A stretch of 63,029 nt of DNA, counting the filler, from Octopus bimaculoides (taxonomy: Eukaryota): the NCBI RefSeq assembly GCF_001194135.2. It is 6 parts of 5 records of this genome, joined end to end, with 100 filler letters (N's around TTAATTAATTAA, not from the genome) between each part and the next. Parts side by side here need not be neighbours in the genome. Positions count along the whole stretch, not along the records: positions 1 to 21,301 come from NC_068984.1; positions 21,402 to 36,319 come from NC_068994.1; 4 more parts are not named here. The stretch is one strand, 5' to 3'. Every line of letters begins with the position of its first letter. The stretch's first letter is position 1. Below, one piece after another: positions 10,513 to 24,212 of the stretch. A program made the translations under genes and the position numbers. A model generated the notes under the pieces. That model had not been told where the DNA came from. It did no database searches and worked only from the letters and a program-made list of their open reading frames with translations.

Positions 10513-12669
10513 TTAAAACATCTGAAAATTATCACATGTAGTTCTTAAGTTATGCAAGAATAAATACTCTTGGTTCCAAAATTAATATGTAGAGTCATGC
10601 CATCTGTATTTTAGAGACAATCTGGGGTGGGTTTGAGTGAGATTTGGTCACTGTATTAATCACGTTGAGGAATTATGCAGATGCTCTCATGTTTGCACAA
10701 ATGTATACGAAAACTATTGCCTGCTGCATGCACCAGATATGCAGTATGTATGGATAGTATAGATGTGTAATGTTTTGAAGGGATGCTGCAAGCTGGAAAG
10801 CAGAGGGTAGAAGGCTAATGGAGATCTAAAATAGAGTTAGCTGTAATGTGATGTTCCGAAGATGTTTCAAGGGTCTGGTGGCTGAAATGACGCAGGATAT
10901 GGGCACTGAGTGTAACAGCTGCAAATGTAAACACAGCTGCATTATATATATAAGCACAGCTGCAATGCTGATGTGATACAATGTATGCTAACTTTGATGA
11001 TGAATGACTACTAACTGCTGTGTCTACCAACATATTGGATCTCTTTCTATCTTCTCATCTAAGAGTCACTTTGATGAAGGATGAACTGGTCATTAATGCC
11101 GGTGGTGGTGGTGGTGGTGGTGGTGGTGGTGGTGGTGGTGATAGTGAGTAGACTGTAGTGGCAGCAGTGGTAGCGATGGTGGNNNNNNNNNNNNNNNNNN
11201 NNNNNNNNNNNNNNNNNNNNNNNNNNNNNNNNNNNNNNNNNNNNNNNNNNNNNNNNNNNNNNNNNNNNNNNNNNNNNNNNNNNNNNNNNNNNNNNNNNNN
11301 NNNNNNNNNNNNNNNNNNNNNNNNNNNNNNNNNNNNNNNNNNNNNNNNNNNNNNNNNNNNNNNNNNNNNNNNNNNNNNNNNNNNNNNNNNNNNNNNNNNN
11401 NNNNNNNNNNNNNNNNNNNNNNNNNNNNNNNNNNNNNNNNNNNNNNNNNNNNNNNNNNNNNNNNNNNNNNNNNNNNNNNNNNNNNNNNNNNNNNNNNNNN
11501 NNNNNNNNNNNNNNNNNNNNNNNNNNNNNNNNNNNNNNNNNNNNNNNNNNNNNNNNNNNNNNNNNNNNNNNNNNNNNNNNNNNNNNNNNNNNNNNNNNNN
11601 NNNNNNNNNNNNNNNNNNNNNNNNNNNNNNNNNNNNNNNNNNNNNNNNNNNNNNNNNNNNNNNNNNNNNNNNNNNNNNNNNNNNNNNNNNNNNNNNNNNN
11701 NNNNNNNNNNNNNNNNNNNNNNNNNNNNNNNNNNNNNNNNNNNNNNNNNNNNNNNNNNNNNNNNNNNNNNNNNNNNNNNNNNNNNNNNNNNNNNNNNNNN
11801 NNNNNNNNNNNNNNNNNNNNNNNNNNNNNNNNNNNNNNNNNNNNNNNNNNNNNNNNNNNNNNNNNNNNNNNNNNNNNNNNNNNNNNNNNNNNNNNNNNNN
11901 NNNNNNNNNNNNNNNNNNNNNNNNNNNNNNNNNNNNNNNNNNNNNNNNNNNNNNNNNNNNNNNNNNNNNNNNNNNNNNNNNNNNNNNNNNNNNNNNNNNN
12001 NNNNNNNNNNNNNNNNNNNNNNNNNNNNNNNNNNNNNNNNNNNNNNNNNNNNNNNNNNNNNNNNNNNNNNNNNNNNNNNNNNNNNNNNNNNNNNNNNNNN
12101 NNNNNNNNNNNNNNNNNNNNNNNNGGTGGTGGTGTTGGTGGTAGTGATAGTGGTGGTGGTAGTGGTGGTGGTGGTGGTGGTGGTGGTGGTGGTGGTGAAT
12201 TTGTTTGCAAGTGGGGGAAGGAAGAGGAGAGGAGTACATGTATGTTGTTGACTGGTGGTGGTTTGAAATGGTGATTGTAGTGCTAGTGGTACTGGTGATG
12301 GAATGGATGATGGTGATGGTGATTGTATATCTGTTTTTAGTGTTGATGATGGTTGAGGAGCTCCCCCCCACCACCACCACCATCACCAACAGAGCTATCT
12401 GATCATGCAGACAGATCTACGATCAAATGCACTCCAGCCATGACCATCCCATCTTGCTTTCAGATGTTGTCTACCTCAGTCTACATTATTGAACATGTCA
12501 CTTTCTCTACAAGGTAGAGTCTTTATTTAAGAGATGAGGAATTATGTACATCGTTTACATCATTTACATTTGACGGATATTTGTCCTCATCTTGTTTGTT
12601 GTTAACCAGTATCAAGGAAGGATAGGAAAATATTAGATTCATAAGCCCTAAAATTCACTCCATAATTCT

Positions 12670-12928
12670 GCACCATGCCACAGAAGCATAAGAACCCAGT
12701 CATGGCTGTCAGACAATTTCTGTGACCACGTCACCCCTAACATCTGGCCACCTAACTCCTCACACTGCAATCCCTTGATTATTATGTGTGGGGTGCAGTT
12801 GGGCGAGAGTCCAACAAAACTCCGTGTAGCACCAAAGATAAACTGAAGGCAAGGATTATGGCAGCATTCACCAGCTTATACAAGACCGTCTAGAAGAGTT
12901 GCAGGAGATTCTGAAGTCAGCTGAAGCA
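12670..12928 (+). mobile_element. Tc1/mariner transposase C-terminal fragment
   Basis: APCHRSIRTQSWLSDNFCDHVTPNIWPPNSSHCNPL, then a frameshift to DYYVWGAV. Same family as 26070-26892. Confidence 0.85.
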
Positions 12929-12969
12929 CGCATGCATATGAGAAGGTGTCTTTGTATTTGCTTGTATCC

Positions 12970-13165
12970 CACCATCAACTGGCAACCAGCATGGTGTTAG
13001 TTTGTTTACATCATAACTTAGCAATTCAGTAGAAGTGTCCAATACAAGAAATACTAGACATAAAAAAAATAAACACTAGGGCCAATTTGTTCAACAAAGC
13101 CCTTTAAAGTGGTGTCCCAGCATGGCCATAGTCCAATGACTGAAACAAGTAAAAGATAAAATATA
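12970..13165 (+). mobile_element. SINE family A, 3' part
   Basis: GGTGTCCCAGCATGGCCATAGTCCAATGACTGAAACAAGTAAAAGA tail. Confidence 0.65.
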
Positions 13166-13473
13166 GCAAAAGCATACAAATGTGTTTACATTGTTGTTTG
13201 CCTCACAGGTAGGCTCTCTAATATTTATTTCAACAACTTATATAGTAGGATTAAAAACCAGACATCTGGGGTGTAAGACTCAGATCAAACAACCTACCTC
13301 TATGTCAAAATGAATCATAGACTTAAGATTAAAGAATGTAAAAGCAACATTTAGTCCTATACAATCTGATGCTATAAAAGTCTTAACTCCCAGCATAAAC
13401 TCTGACCCTTTAGAGGACTGAATGGAAAAAAACAAAAAACAAAACAAAACAAAAGGAAATACATTTCTCTCTT

Positions 13474-13541
<68 letters not shown>

Positions 13542-13744
13542 TACAGGTATATATAATTATACGCACATTATTGCACACATATATATGTATGTGTGTATAT
13601 ACATATATTTTTATATATATACATGCACACACCTATACATACACACACACATATAAGCCAGCTGGAGGAGATGTCCTCCTGGGGCTAAAAGCAACAGTAA
13701 CATCCACCCCTAGGGGTCAGCCACACTTAAGTGGCAATATACTA

Positions 13745-13812
<68 letters not shown>

Positions 13813-13870
13813 AAACATACACATATATACATATGTGTATGTGTGTATATATATATATAAATATGTGTGC

Positions 13871-13904
<34 letters not shown>

Positions 13905-14593
13905 ATGTATGTAAAGGCTCCAGTTATTTATATTTTATTATATTTATTTGCTTACTTTCTGGTAAGGGATTAAACAGAAAAGTGCTTCAATGTGTGAGCT
14001 TGAAGCGATGGCTGTTTACAAATGTTTTCAAAGTACACCTACACATATACATAAATATTATATAGCAGAGGGAGAGGCGGGAAGAGGAGAGAGAGCAAGA
14101 GAGAGAGACAGAGGGAGCATCATCAAACTGACTTGCTCAGCGAAGCATGCATACTACTGTACATTAAACTGACCAAGGCTCCTTCATGAACGATTTGAAT
14201 GATTTCTCTCTGTCCAGACTCTTCTCATCCAACTGGATGTGGGTGAGTGCACTCTGTTAAGCTGCTGTTCACCTCTTTGTTGAACTCTCCGTTCATTGTG
14301 ACTAATTGAAAGCTCAAACAGAAAGCTCTAGATGCTATTATTCAGCATCATGACTGTAGAAAATTACTTCCTTTCCAATGGTTGTTATGAATTAGTGAAA
14401 TTTAGTGAAGTGACCCTGCTTCTAAAACCATTTTGACTTTAAAATATCAATACAATGGACTACAAACCATTTCCATAACATTTATGGCAGGAAATATATT
14501 TAGAATAATTTACAACTTCTAAGTTTTTATTGGTTTAATGAGACACTTTAATTTCTGTATTTCCATTCTGGGTTTTCTTCTACTAATTTATAA

Positions 14594-14776
14594 GGTGTAG
14601 GCATGGCTGTGTGGTTAAGAAGCTCATTTTGCAATCATGTAGTTTCAGGTTCAGTCCCACTGTGTGGCACCTTGAGCAGATGTCTTCTACTACAACTCTA
14701 TGCGAACCAAGTGGACTTGGTAGATGGGAACTGTATGGAAGTCCTTGTACATAACATGTGTAATTGTGTGTGTTGT

Positions 14777-14824
<48 letters not shown>

Positions 14825-15010
14825 ATTTGTTCCCCATCACTGTTGGTTTGTTTACATCCAAGTCACTTAGCAGTTCAGCAAATAAGTACCAGACTTAAAA
14901 AATAGATATTTGTTGGGGGTCAATTTCTTCAACTAAACCCTTTGGGGCAGTGCCCCAGCATGGCCACAGTCCAATGAGTGAAAGAAGTAAAAGGTAAAAG
15001 GTGAAAAAGG
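14594..15010 (+). mobile_element. SINE family A (full length, diverged)
   Basis: GGTGTAGGCATGGCTGTGTGGTTAAG...GGTTCAGTCCCACTG..., internal (GT)n, and tail CAGCATGGCCACAGTCCAATGAGTGAAA. Confidence 0.85.
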
Positions 15011-15087
15011 TAAGAATAATAAATAAACAGAGTGGATGTAAGGAAGTGAGGAAGTGATTTCAAACCTTTTATACAGAATACTGCATA

Positions 15088-15490
15088 GGCGCAGGAGTGG
15101 CTGTGTGGTAAGTAGCTTGCTTACGAACTACATGGTTCCGGGTTCAGTCCCACTGCGTGGCACCTTGGGCAAGCGTCTTCTACTATAGCTTCGGGCCTAG
15201 CAAAGCCTTGTGAGTGGATTTGGTAGACGGAAACTGAAAGAAGCCGATAGTATGTATATATATATATGTGTGTGTGTGTGTATGTTTGTGTGTCTGTGTT
15301 TGTCTCCCCAACTTCGCTTGACAACCGATGCTGGTGTGTTTACGTCCCCGTAACTTAGCGGTTCGGCAAAAAGAGACTGATAGAATAAGTACTAGGCTTA
15401 CAAAAAATAAGTCCTGGGGTCAATTTGCTCGACTAAAGGCAGTGCTCCAGCATGGCCACAGTCAAATGACTGAAACACGTAAAAGAAAGA
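15088..15490 (+). mobile_element. SINE family A (full length, young)
   Basis: GGCGCAGGAGTGGCTGTGTGGTAAG...CCGGGTTCAGTCCCACTGCG...GACTGAAACACGTAAAAGAAAG, with CpGs largely retained. Confidence 0.92.
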
Positions 15491-15577
15491 AAGATAGGTT
15501 GAGCCATTGAGGACACTTTAATGCAATCATCTGGCTTGTTAGGAATAGTAACCAAATTCCCTCAAATCACACCAGCT

Positions 15578-15745
15578 AGCAGAATTGTTGGCACACCAGG
15601 CGATATGTTTAGTGGCATTTCGTCTGTCCTTACATTCTGAGTTCAAATTCCGCTGATGTCAACTTTGCCTTTCATCTTTTTGAGGTCAATAAATTAAGTA
15701 CCAGTGAAACACTGGGGTCGATGTAATTGACTAGTCCCCTCCCCC
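15578..15745 (+). mobile_element. tRNA-derived SINE, family B (partial)
   Basis: TTCTGAGTTCAAATTCCGC (B-box-like)...AATTAAGTACCAG...GGGGTCGATGTAAT. Confidence 0.75.
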
Positions 15746-15789
15746 AGGAGAAAGGATTATTATTAGTATTATTATTATTATCAACATTA

Positions 15790-15930
15790 GGTGCAGGTGT
15801 TGCTGTGTGGAAGGAAACTTGCTTCCAAACCATATGGTTCCAGGTTCAGTCCCACACTGCATGACACCTTGGAGAAGTGTCCTCAACTATAGTCTCAGGC
15901 TGACCAAAGCCTTGTCAGTAGATTTGGTAG
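15790..15930 (+). mobile_element. SINE family A, 5' part
   Basis: GGTGCAGGTGTTGCTGTGTGG...CCAGGTTCAGTCCCACACTGC...GACCAAAGCCTTGT. Confidence 0.75.
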
Positions 15931-15984
15931 GTGTCTTAGGAATGAGAACCCAGGTTCAAAATTTCCCCAAGATATTTTTCGATG

Positions 15985-16026
<42 letters not shown>

Positions 16027-16600
16027 TTACTGCCTGGAATTGAACTTGGAATCTTGGGGTTAGTAGCCTGCGCTCTTAAGCACTATGCCATATGCCATGG
16101 GCAATATAGAACTAGGAACTCTTATTCCTTAACCACTGGACCAGTGTACATACTGCAATGGTTTAACAGACGAAAGTAATACCACCTTTAATTTAAAAGT
16201 AAAAGTTCCTAGTTGAAAGCCATTCTAAGTTGAAAGCCAGGAATAAGAAAACCTGATGATAATAGAAGATCATAAAAATATGATGTAGCTATAAATATAG
16301 GTACAAATATAGGTTCTAAAGATGAGGCTATTAGCATGGAATATTATATTCTTTAATAAGAACAACTCATCTCAGAATTTTGACATTTACTGAGGCTTAT
16401 TCTTTAATATATCCCTCGATAAAATATTAATAAAACATAATATTTCTAATACCATAATTCTTTACACACTTCCAAAAATGTTTCTACAAGGAAGAAAAAA
16501 AAAACAAAAACAAAAAAAAAACACTGAACTCTTCCTAATATAAACAATACCAGGATTTCATAATACACGTCATAGAGACATTTTCTTATATAGAAAGGCA

Positions 16601-16613
16601 ACTACTACTACTG

Positions 16614-16663
<50 letters not shown>

Positions 16664-16664
16664 G

Positions 16665-16744
<80 letters not shown>

Positions 16745-16760
16745 GCTACTACTACTACTG

Positions 16761-16810
<50 letters not shown>

Positions 16811-16811
16811 G

Positions 16812-16854
<43 letters not shown>

Positions 16855-16858
16855 GACA

Positions 16859-16899
<41 letters not shown>

Positions 16900-16903
16900 G
16901 ACA

Positions 16904-16936
<33 letters not shown>

Positions 16937-16945
16937 GCCACCGCT
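16601..16945 (+). repeat. (CTA)n microsatellite with patterned interruptions
   Basis: About 340 bp of CTA with recurrent CTTCTG, CTG and GACAAC variants. Confidence 0.95.
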
Positions 16946-16977
16946 ACTGCTGCTGCTTATTACTATTATTATTATTA

Positions 16978-17195
16978 GGGTGGCAAGCTAGCAAAATCAT
17001 TAGTGCACCAGACAAAATGCTTAGCAGCATTTTGTCCATCTCTATGTTCTGAGTTCAAATTCCATCAGGGTTGACTTTGCTTTTCAACCTTTCAGGGTCA
17101 GCAAAATAAGTACCAGTTGAACACCGGGTTCGATGTTATTGACTTACCCGCACCCTTGAACTTGTTGGCCTTGTACCAAATTTTGAAACCATTTT
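16978..17195 (+). mobile_element. SINE family B
   Basis: GGTGGCAAGCTAGCAAAATC...TTCTGAGTTCAAATTCC...CCAAATTTTGAAACCA, then (TTA)n. Confidence 0.75.
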
Positions 17196-17213
17196 TATTA
17201 TCATTATTATAAC

Positions 17214-17265
<52 letters not shown>

Positions 17266-17266
17266 G

Positions 17267-17940
17267 AGTGAGAGAGCAGCACATGCCATCAAAGTGACAC
17301 TGGAGTAAAATATACAAAGCCCATTATACCCATCATGACAACCCGTCTGATAAGGGTACACCAGGCACATGCATCACAACCTTATGTACACAACATGGTG
17401 ATCTCATATTAAGATAAGCAGCGCATGACCTCGCAGGTGGGGCCCAATTAGAATTTTCTTCAGGTCGAGTAGCTCATCCCGCTGAAAAGGTCCCTGAACA
17501 AGGGTTCTTTAAGGATGTTGAATGAAACACCCATGTTTCCAGAGGTTGTATTATTCAAACCCCAAAGAATTCCTCTCAACACATGGCTATGATGCTCCCC
17601 CACTACTTCTGCTCGTGATCAGAGATGCACATATCATCAGCCACCAAGGGACATGCTCAACTGGTTAAGGTCAAACAACTGACAAGCAAATCTGTGATAT
17701 TGAGCAGAATATTTGGTGTAGCCGCCCATCTTTTTATACCAAGACAAAAACAATGTGTGCCAATGTCACGTAAAAGGTACCCAGCACACTCTGGGTTGGT
17801 GTTAGGAAGGACATCCAGCAATAAAAACCAAAGACTGGAGCCTGGTGCAGCCCTGCAGCTTGCCAGTTCCAATCAAACTGTCTAACCCATGCCAGCATGG
17901 AAAACGGATGTTAAAGAATGATGATGATGATGATGAAGAA

Positions 17941-17986
<46 letters not shown>

Positions 17987-18015
17987 CTGGTGATGATGAT
18001 GATGATGATGATGAT
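17267..18015 (+). mobile_element. Composite dispersed repeat ending in the SINE-like module with (TGA)n tail
   Basis: The 3' part GGTTGGTGTTAGGAAGGACATCCAGC...CATGCCAGCATGGAAAACGGATGTTAAA(TGA)n is shared with 7930-8230, 3830-4063 and 18780-19000. The 5' part is unclassified. Confidence 0.55.
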
Positions 18016-18152
18016 AATTTTCTTTTACCTTCTTTCCTTTCCCGTTCCCCTTCACCCTTCTCTTTACACACCCATACTCCTTTTACAACAAAACCTGTTA
18101 AAATTTCAACAAAATTGTTATAAGAAAAAAACCATATTAGAAATTAATTGTT

Positions 18153-18197
<45 letters not shown>

Positions 18198-18779
18198 TNN
18201 NNNNNNNNNNNNNNNNNNNNNNNNNNNNNNNNNNNNNNNNNNNNNNNNNNNNNNNNNNNNNNNNNNNNNNNNNNNNNNNNNNNNNNNNNNNNNNNNNNNN
18301 NNNNNNNNNNNNNNNNNNNNNNNNNNNNNNNNNNNNNNNNNNNNNNNNNNNNNNNNNNNNNNNNNNNNNNNNNNNNNNNAACTGTATATGTGGATAAGAG
18401 TATACATGTGTGCACAGATATAAAGTACACACAGATATATGTATGTATGTATATATGTATGTATGCATACATGTATGCATACATGTATGCATGTATGTAT
18501 GTATGAATGTATATATGTATACATACATGCATACACATACAGTATAAGATAGATTTAATGTGATTAGCCTACAGTTTATAAAACACTTCTGTGTGTGGAG
18601 AAAATGAGATTTATTTACATTTGTTTACCTTCCACTGTGTAAAATGTTATAAACTGCAAGCTAACTAAATTAAATTTATCTTAGATATTCCAACACATGC
18701 TGTTTGTGCATAAAATATTTATTTGAAATATATCATCATTATCATCACCATCATCATCATTACACATCGTCATCATCAA

Positions 18780-19010
18780 CAACATCATCATCATCATCAT
18801 CGTCATCATCATCATCATCATCCTCATTGTCATCATCTAACATTTGCCTTCCTTGATAGCATAGGTTAGAGAATTCAAGGATCCGACAAGCCACAGAACT
18901 GCATCAACCTCCTCCTGTGTCTACTTTAGCATGATTTCTAATAGCTGGTTACCCTTCCTATTGCCTAACACTTTTCAGGATGTACTGGGATCTTTTTATG
19001 TGGCACCAGC
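18780..19010 (-). mobile_element. SINE-like 3' module with (TGA)n tail
   Basis: (CAT)n...AGCTGGTTACCCTTCCTATTGCCTAAC...TTTTATGTGGCACCAGCAC. Confidence 0.55.
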
Positions 19011-19603
19011 ACTAGTGAGGTCACCAAGTGACACAGAAGACAAAAAAAATCCCCTTTATCAAGTGGATATGTAGTAGAGATGGCGATATCTTTATGCCAG
19101 GAGTTGAGAGTCTAAATAAGATAGAGGGATAAGAATAGGTGTTTTGTTGTAGAGGAGATACATGGCTACCCCAACATTATATAAGGGTAGGTGGGAGTTA
19201 CTGGGAAGGGAGATAAAGAGAGTAGCAACAAGGTGTTAGGGCATACCAATGCAGTATGAGGTGAATAGAAGCAATAATAAAGACAGGGAATTTGGAAGGG
19301 TTGGTAGGTAAGTTTGCATTTGTGTCAGAGACAAGTGACAGATGGTTAAAGTTGGAGGAAAAGGTGAATGTTGTGAATGGCAAACAAGAATGGGGGTGGG
19401 GCATGGTTAATGGTAAATAGGAGTTTGAGGGGGAAAATGAAAGAAATAGAAATGGCTCGGAAAGAAATGAAGAGTTGGCAGTAGAGAAAGGGTGGAGTGG
19501 AGCAGTATAATAAAGCTGTAGACGGATGAAGAATGGGAAATAGAGAGCCAATGTGTAGAGTGGTTAGGTAATGGAGTGTGGAAGAGGGAGGGGGAGGGGG
19601 AGA

Positions 19604-20192
19604 TAGAAAGAGAGAGAGGGGAGAGAAAGAGAGAGGGGAGAGAAAGAGAGAGGGGAGAGAAAGAGAGAGGGGAGAGAAAGAGAGAGGGGAGAGAAAGAGA
19701 GAGGNNNNNNNNNNNNNNNNNNNNNNNNNNNNNNNNNNNNNNNNNNNNNNNNNNNNNNNNNNNNNNNNNNNNNNNNNNNNNNNNNNNNNNNNNNNNNNNN
19801 NNNNNNNNNNNNNNNNNNNNNNNNNNNNNNNNNNNNNNNNNNNNNNNNNNNNNNNNNNNNNNNNNNNNNNNNNNNNNNNNNNNNNNNNNNNNNNNNNNNN
19901 NNNNNNNNNNNNNNNNNNNNNNNNNNNNNNNNNNNNNNNNNNNNNNNNNNNNNNNNNNNNNNNNNNNNNNNNNNNNNNNNNNNNNNNNNNNNNNNNNNNN
20001 NNNNNNNNNNNNNNNNNNNNNNNNNNNNNNNNNNNNNNNNNNNNNNNNNNNNNNNNNNNNNNNNNNNNNNNNNNNNNNNNNNNNAGGGGAGAGAAAGAGA
20101 GAGGGGAGAGAAAGAGAGAGGGGAGAGAAAGAGAGAGGGGAGAGAAAGAGAGAGGGGAAAGAAAGAGAGAGGGGAGAGAAAGAGAGAGAGAG
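19604..20192 (+). repeat. 18-bp GA-rich minisatellite (GAGAGAAAGAGAGAGGGG)n spanning a gap
   Basis: The same unit is repeated on both sides of the N run. Confidence 0.9.
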
Positions 20193-21345
20193 ATGTACAA
20201 GGACAAGAATGGAAATTAGAGGTACATAGGGATGGATATAGTGAGTCGTGAACAAAGGTTGGGGGAAGCCAATGTGAGTTAAGAATGATGGCAGGTATGA
20301 GAGGGTGTTAAGAAGGAGATAGAGCAGCTGTAAAATGTGGCTGATGTAAAAAGGAAGAGATAACTAGTGACACAAAAATCAATGATCAGTGGATAATAAA
20401 ACTGGAACAGATAATATTGCGAATGAGAAGAGGAAGTGACTCCAGGGAGCATCTTTGCCATCATTGTTTTAATGTCCACCTTTCTATGCTTTTATAGGCC
20501 AGGCAGAATTAGACGAAGCAGATTTCTATGGCCTAATGACATTTTTGTTACTAACCCTCACCTATTTCCAAGCAAGGTATTATTTCCCCACAGCCAGCCA
20601 TGCTTTCATGAACAATTGGAAATGAAACTGCATGTATACTCACTTACAATTATCATGCTATGACAAGATAAGGAGACTCAAACAGACATACATAAGCACA
20701 TTCATGCTTATACACAATCACACATACACACATGTTTATATATATATATATATATGAACATACATATGGATGTAAATGGCTATTCCTGTGACAGACTGAT
20801 GTTCTGTTTAGTAGGTTATGTTAACCAGTCTGCCTAGCTGTTAGGGTAGTATCTTTCGAAAGCTATGCAATGAGGTGCATTGTAACCAGCGGTAAATAAT
20901 AACATCCAATAGTCTAGTCAACACAACGATACACTGTTTAAGACATTTATAATAATATTACTATGAGAGCCAAAAATGAAATCAAAAGTGTGAGCTTGAA
21001 GCAGCCATTTTGCATGTATCGTTCATAAAGGTTTTTAAACCGAATGACATAAGGGTAAGCATTTTCTCCAAACTTTCATTTCATATTCCAAAAAATATTC
21101 AAACAGAGAGTATTTCAAAAGAAAATCAGGGTCAGATTACCGACTGATGATTGCAAATGAGCTACTTTGAGCACTGGAAATTGGAGTCTTTCAGTTATAA
21201 TGCATTAAAGAATACTTTACATTGGTATTGAATGCTTTAATTTATCACTTCTGGTGAATCAACAGAGGTTCATGTATATATATATATATATATATATACT
21301 ANNNNNNNNNNNNNNNNNNNNNNNNNNNNNNNNNNNNNNNNNNNN

Positions 21346-21357
21346 TTAATTAATTAA
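21346..21357. other. Artificial gap spacer TTAATTAATTAA (also at 36364, 53120, 58762, 60617)
   Basis: Identical 12-mer centred in N runs; at 21302-21401 the layout is 44 N + 12 + 44 N = 100. Confidence 0.9.
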
Positions 21358-21401
21358 NNNNNNNNNNNNNNNNNNNNNNNNNNNNNNNNNNNNNNNNNNN
21401 N

Positions 21402-21439
<38 letters not shown>

Positions 21440-21547
21440 TGTATGTGTATATATGTATATATGTATGCGTATATATATATACATATATATATATGAACAT
21501 GTAGGTAAATAGGTATAATATGTAGCTTACATCTATAACAGTATGCC

Positions 21548-21579
<32 letters not shown>

Positions 21580-22362
21580 AATAAATATACATTTATACGT
21601 ATAAATCGTAGAAGCCAATTGTTAAGCACACATTAGCAATTTATTGATAACTGGTTTTCCTTAACCACATCAATTTCCAGACTATTTACATAATATTAGT
21701 CGAATTATACAAATATAATATCACATCAAAAATATTACATAATTACATATTACATAAAATTTGCATAAAATTACAATTTCCAGACTATGTCAATAATATT
21801 GCTGAGCTTTATTTACCCACACACACAATCACACCTATATACATATATAGATACATATACATATGTTTATACACGCACACACACATACACACATATGAAT
21901 GAGGACTGGGATTTGTTTGATGTATTCGCGTTATGTATAAATGAGGTAAAGAAGGTAAATGTTTGGAAAACCTTTGAGATGCTGGTTAAAAATTAATGAA
22001 AATATGTAAGCCGATGACAATGAATTTAAACAAAGATAAAGATAGTGCAGCATTTTCATTTATTGTTTAAATATCATTTAATATTTCGTGGGCAAAATCT
22101 CCTTTCAAATACAAAATGAGACTCCAGAAAAATATGCTGTCATCGGGAAGCCATCGTTGTGTGTTTCTATTTTTGCTTTGATTATCTTCTTTTTATATTT
22201 AAAAACGGGATTTTTTCCCGAAATATTAGAGGATCTCTTAACATTCTATTCAAGGTACTGCATCTTTATTCTTGTTTTTATTTATTGACATTTCTGTACA
22301 TGCTTTGATAAAATCCTCACCTACATTCCACAAAAGTTTTTCTGATGTTTATTACACACACA

Positions 22363-22414
<52 letters not shown>

Positions 22415-22479
22415 TACACATATATATATATATGTGTGTGTGTGTGTATTTCTCTCTCTCGCTCTCTCATATCTCGAAT

Positions 22480-22810
22480 CAACCTTTGGAGAAACGCTTT
22501 AGACTCAGGTTATATACTGAAAAAGCTCGTATCCCAGTCTGTCATCCCGGTTTTCAAACAGGGAAACAGATCCCACGCAGTCAACTATCGTCCAATCTCA
22601 CATCATTAAAGTGTTTGAAAGAGTGGTAAAATCAAGGATAGCTGGCTTCTTGGAGATCCACAATCTCCTAAATTCAAACCAGCATGGCTTTCGCTGCGAT
22701 AGGGACTGTCTAACACAGCTCTTACACCCCATGGATGATATCCTTAAAGCCTTGGGATCAGGCTCGAACTCTTATATCACATATCCTGACTTCAGTAAAG
22801 CGTTCGACAG
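22480..22810 (+). mobile_element. CR1/L2/Jockey-like LINE RT N-terminal fragment
   Basis: NYRPIS...VFERVVKSRIAGFLEIHNLLNSNQHGFR...CLTQLL...PDFSKAFD, frameshifted. Confidence 0.88.
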
Positions 22811-22955
22811 TCACCCACAATCTCACAAAAAAGAACGATTGAATAAGTACCAGACTTTAAAATATTAAGCCTATGGGTCGATTTGTTTGACTAAAAGGTG
22901 GTGCTCCAGCATGACCGCAGTCATATGACTGAAACAAGTAAAAGAATCAATGAAT

Positions 22956-23010
<55 letters not shown>

Positions 23011-23249
23011 AACACGTATATAAACACGTATGAACATTCATATAGGCATCCACCTAAACGCATACTCCCACTCATACAAATCCCCCCCCCCTCCCACGTA
23101 GTGTGGAACGAAAGGTCTCTGCGATAAGCGTTGTCCTAGACGATGTAATGTTCTCTGGAATATGGCAGTTAAGGGAGCGCCTGTGTGGGATTCGATCATC
23201 ACTAATCGATATGTTATCAATATTTTGCTATGTCGGTAGCTAAGTAATT

Positions 23250-23700
23250 AGCTCTGGAAGCTAACTTGTTATTCACTAAATCAACATGGGTTAGATTACC
23301 ATGTTGCCATAGCAGCCCAGTTGAAATTTCACTTCACAAACTAGGCCCTGGTTCAATCTCATTGCCAGGTTCTTGCAGATACACGTTCCTCTTGTTTATC
23401 AGATATCTAATGGCTATCTCCCGCTCATTGATAGCGAAGGCATATTCTTCAAGGTAAGTCTTAATGTATCTATTGCAGGTCTGCAGAGGCTATTCTTCCC
23501 GTCAATGCTGCTACTGCTGCTGCCCTCTAGCTTACGGGATACGTACCCGTTCATTGCTCTTTGCTGATATGATCAGTACTTCTCGCCGAAGCTTCAGCAT
23601 AGATAGGTCAGTCCAGCTTTCTTTGGATCACGTGAGACAGCTGTACTCTCAGGGTACCTGTTCAGGAGTCCTTCCCCTATTCTAAAGAGGTTCTTTTACT
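23250..23700 (-). mobile_element. Decayed non-LTR retrotransposon, post-RT region (RLE clade-like)
   Basis: Manual translation gives WTDLSMLKLRREVLIISAKSNER / YVSRKLEG, similar to ERLY.PRK.GG, with stops and frameshifts. Confidence 0.4.
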
Positions 23701-23848
23701 TACTCTTGAATATGCATGGAACGTACTCAATTCTTTCTTTTACTGCTCAGCAGGTGTTGTCTGAGTGATACAATGCAACATTCAAAGGCTGTTTGCATTG
23801 ACTTTATACATCTACCGCTACACACAGATACCATTAGTTTCGCTGTTA

Positions 23849-23886
<38 letters not shown>

Positions 23887-24049
23887 NNNNNNNNNNNNNN
23901 NNNNNNNNNNNNNNNNNNNNNNNNNNNNNNNNNNNNNNNNNNNNNNNNNNNNNNNNNNNNNNNNNNNNNNNNNNNNNNNNNNNNNNNNNNNNNNNNNNNN
24001 NNNNNNNNNNNNNNNNNNNNNNNNNNNNNNNNNNNNNNNNNNNNNNNNN

Positions 24050-24086
<37 letters not shown>

Positions 24087-24212
24087 GACAGAGTGTACTA
24101 GGGAGTGCTGATATTGCTAGAAATAACAGTCAAAACAACTCTTAGCCACGTGAGAGCACTTTTCTAACGACTGACAAGGGAGACAAGATCCCCACCTATG
24201 GCGAGCGAAGTG

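Noticed and set aside
13992-14006. Exact 15-mer GTGTGAGCTTGAAGC repeated at 20988-21002
   Set aside because: A rough estimate (pairs in 63 kb divided by 4^15) gives about one such match by chance, and the flanks do not extend.
16601-16945. Regularly interrupted repeat arrays as CRISPR-like or coding repeats
   Set aside because: These are simple (CTA)n slippage variants with no spacer structure, in a eukaryotic context.
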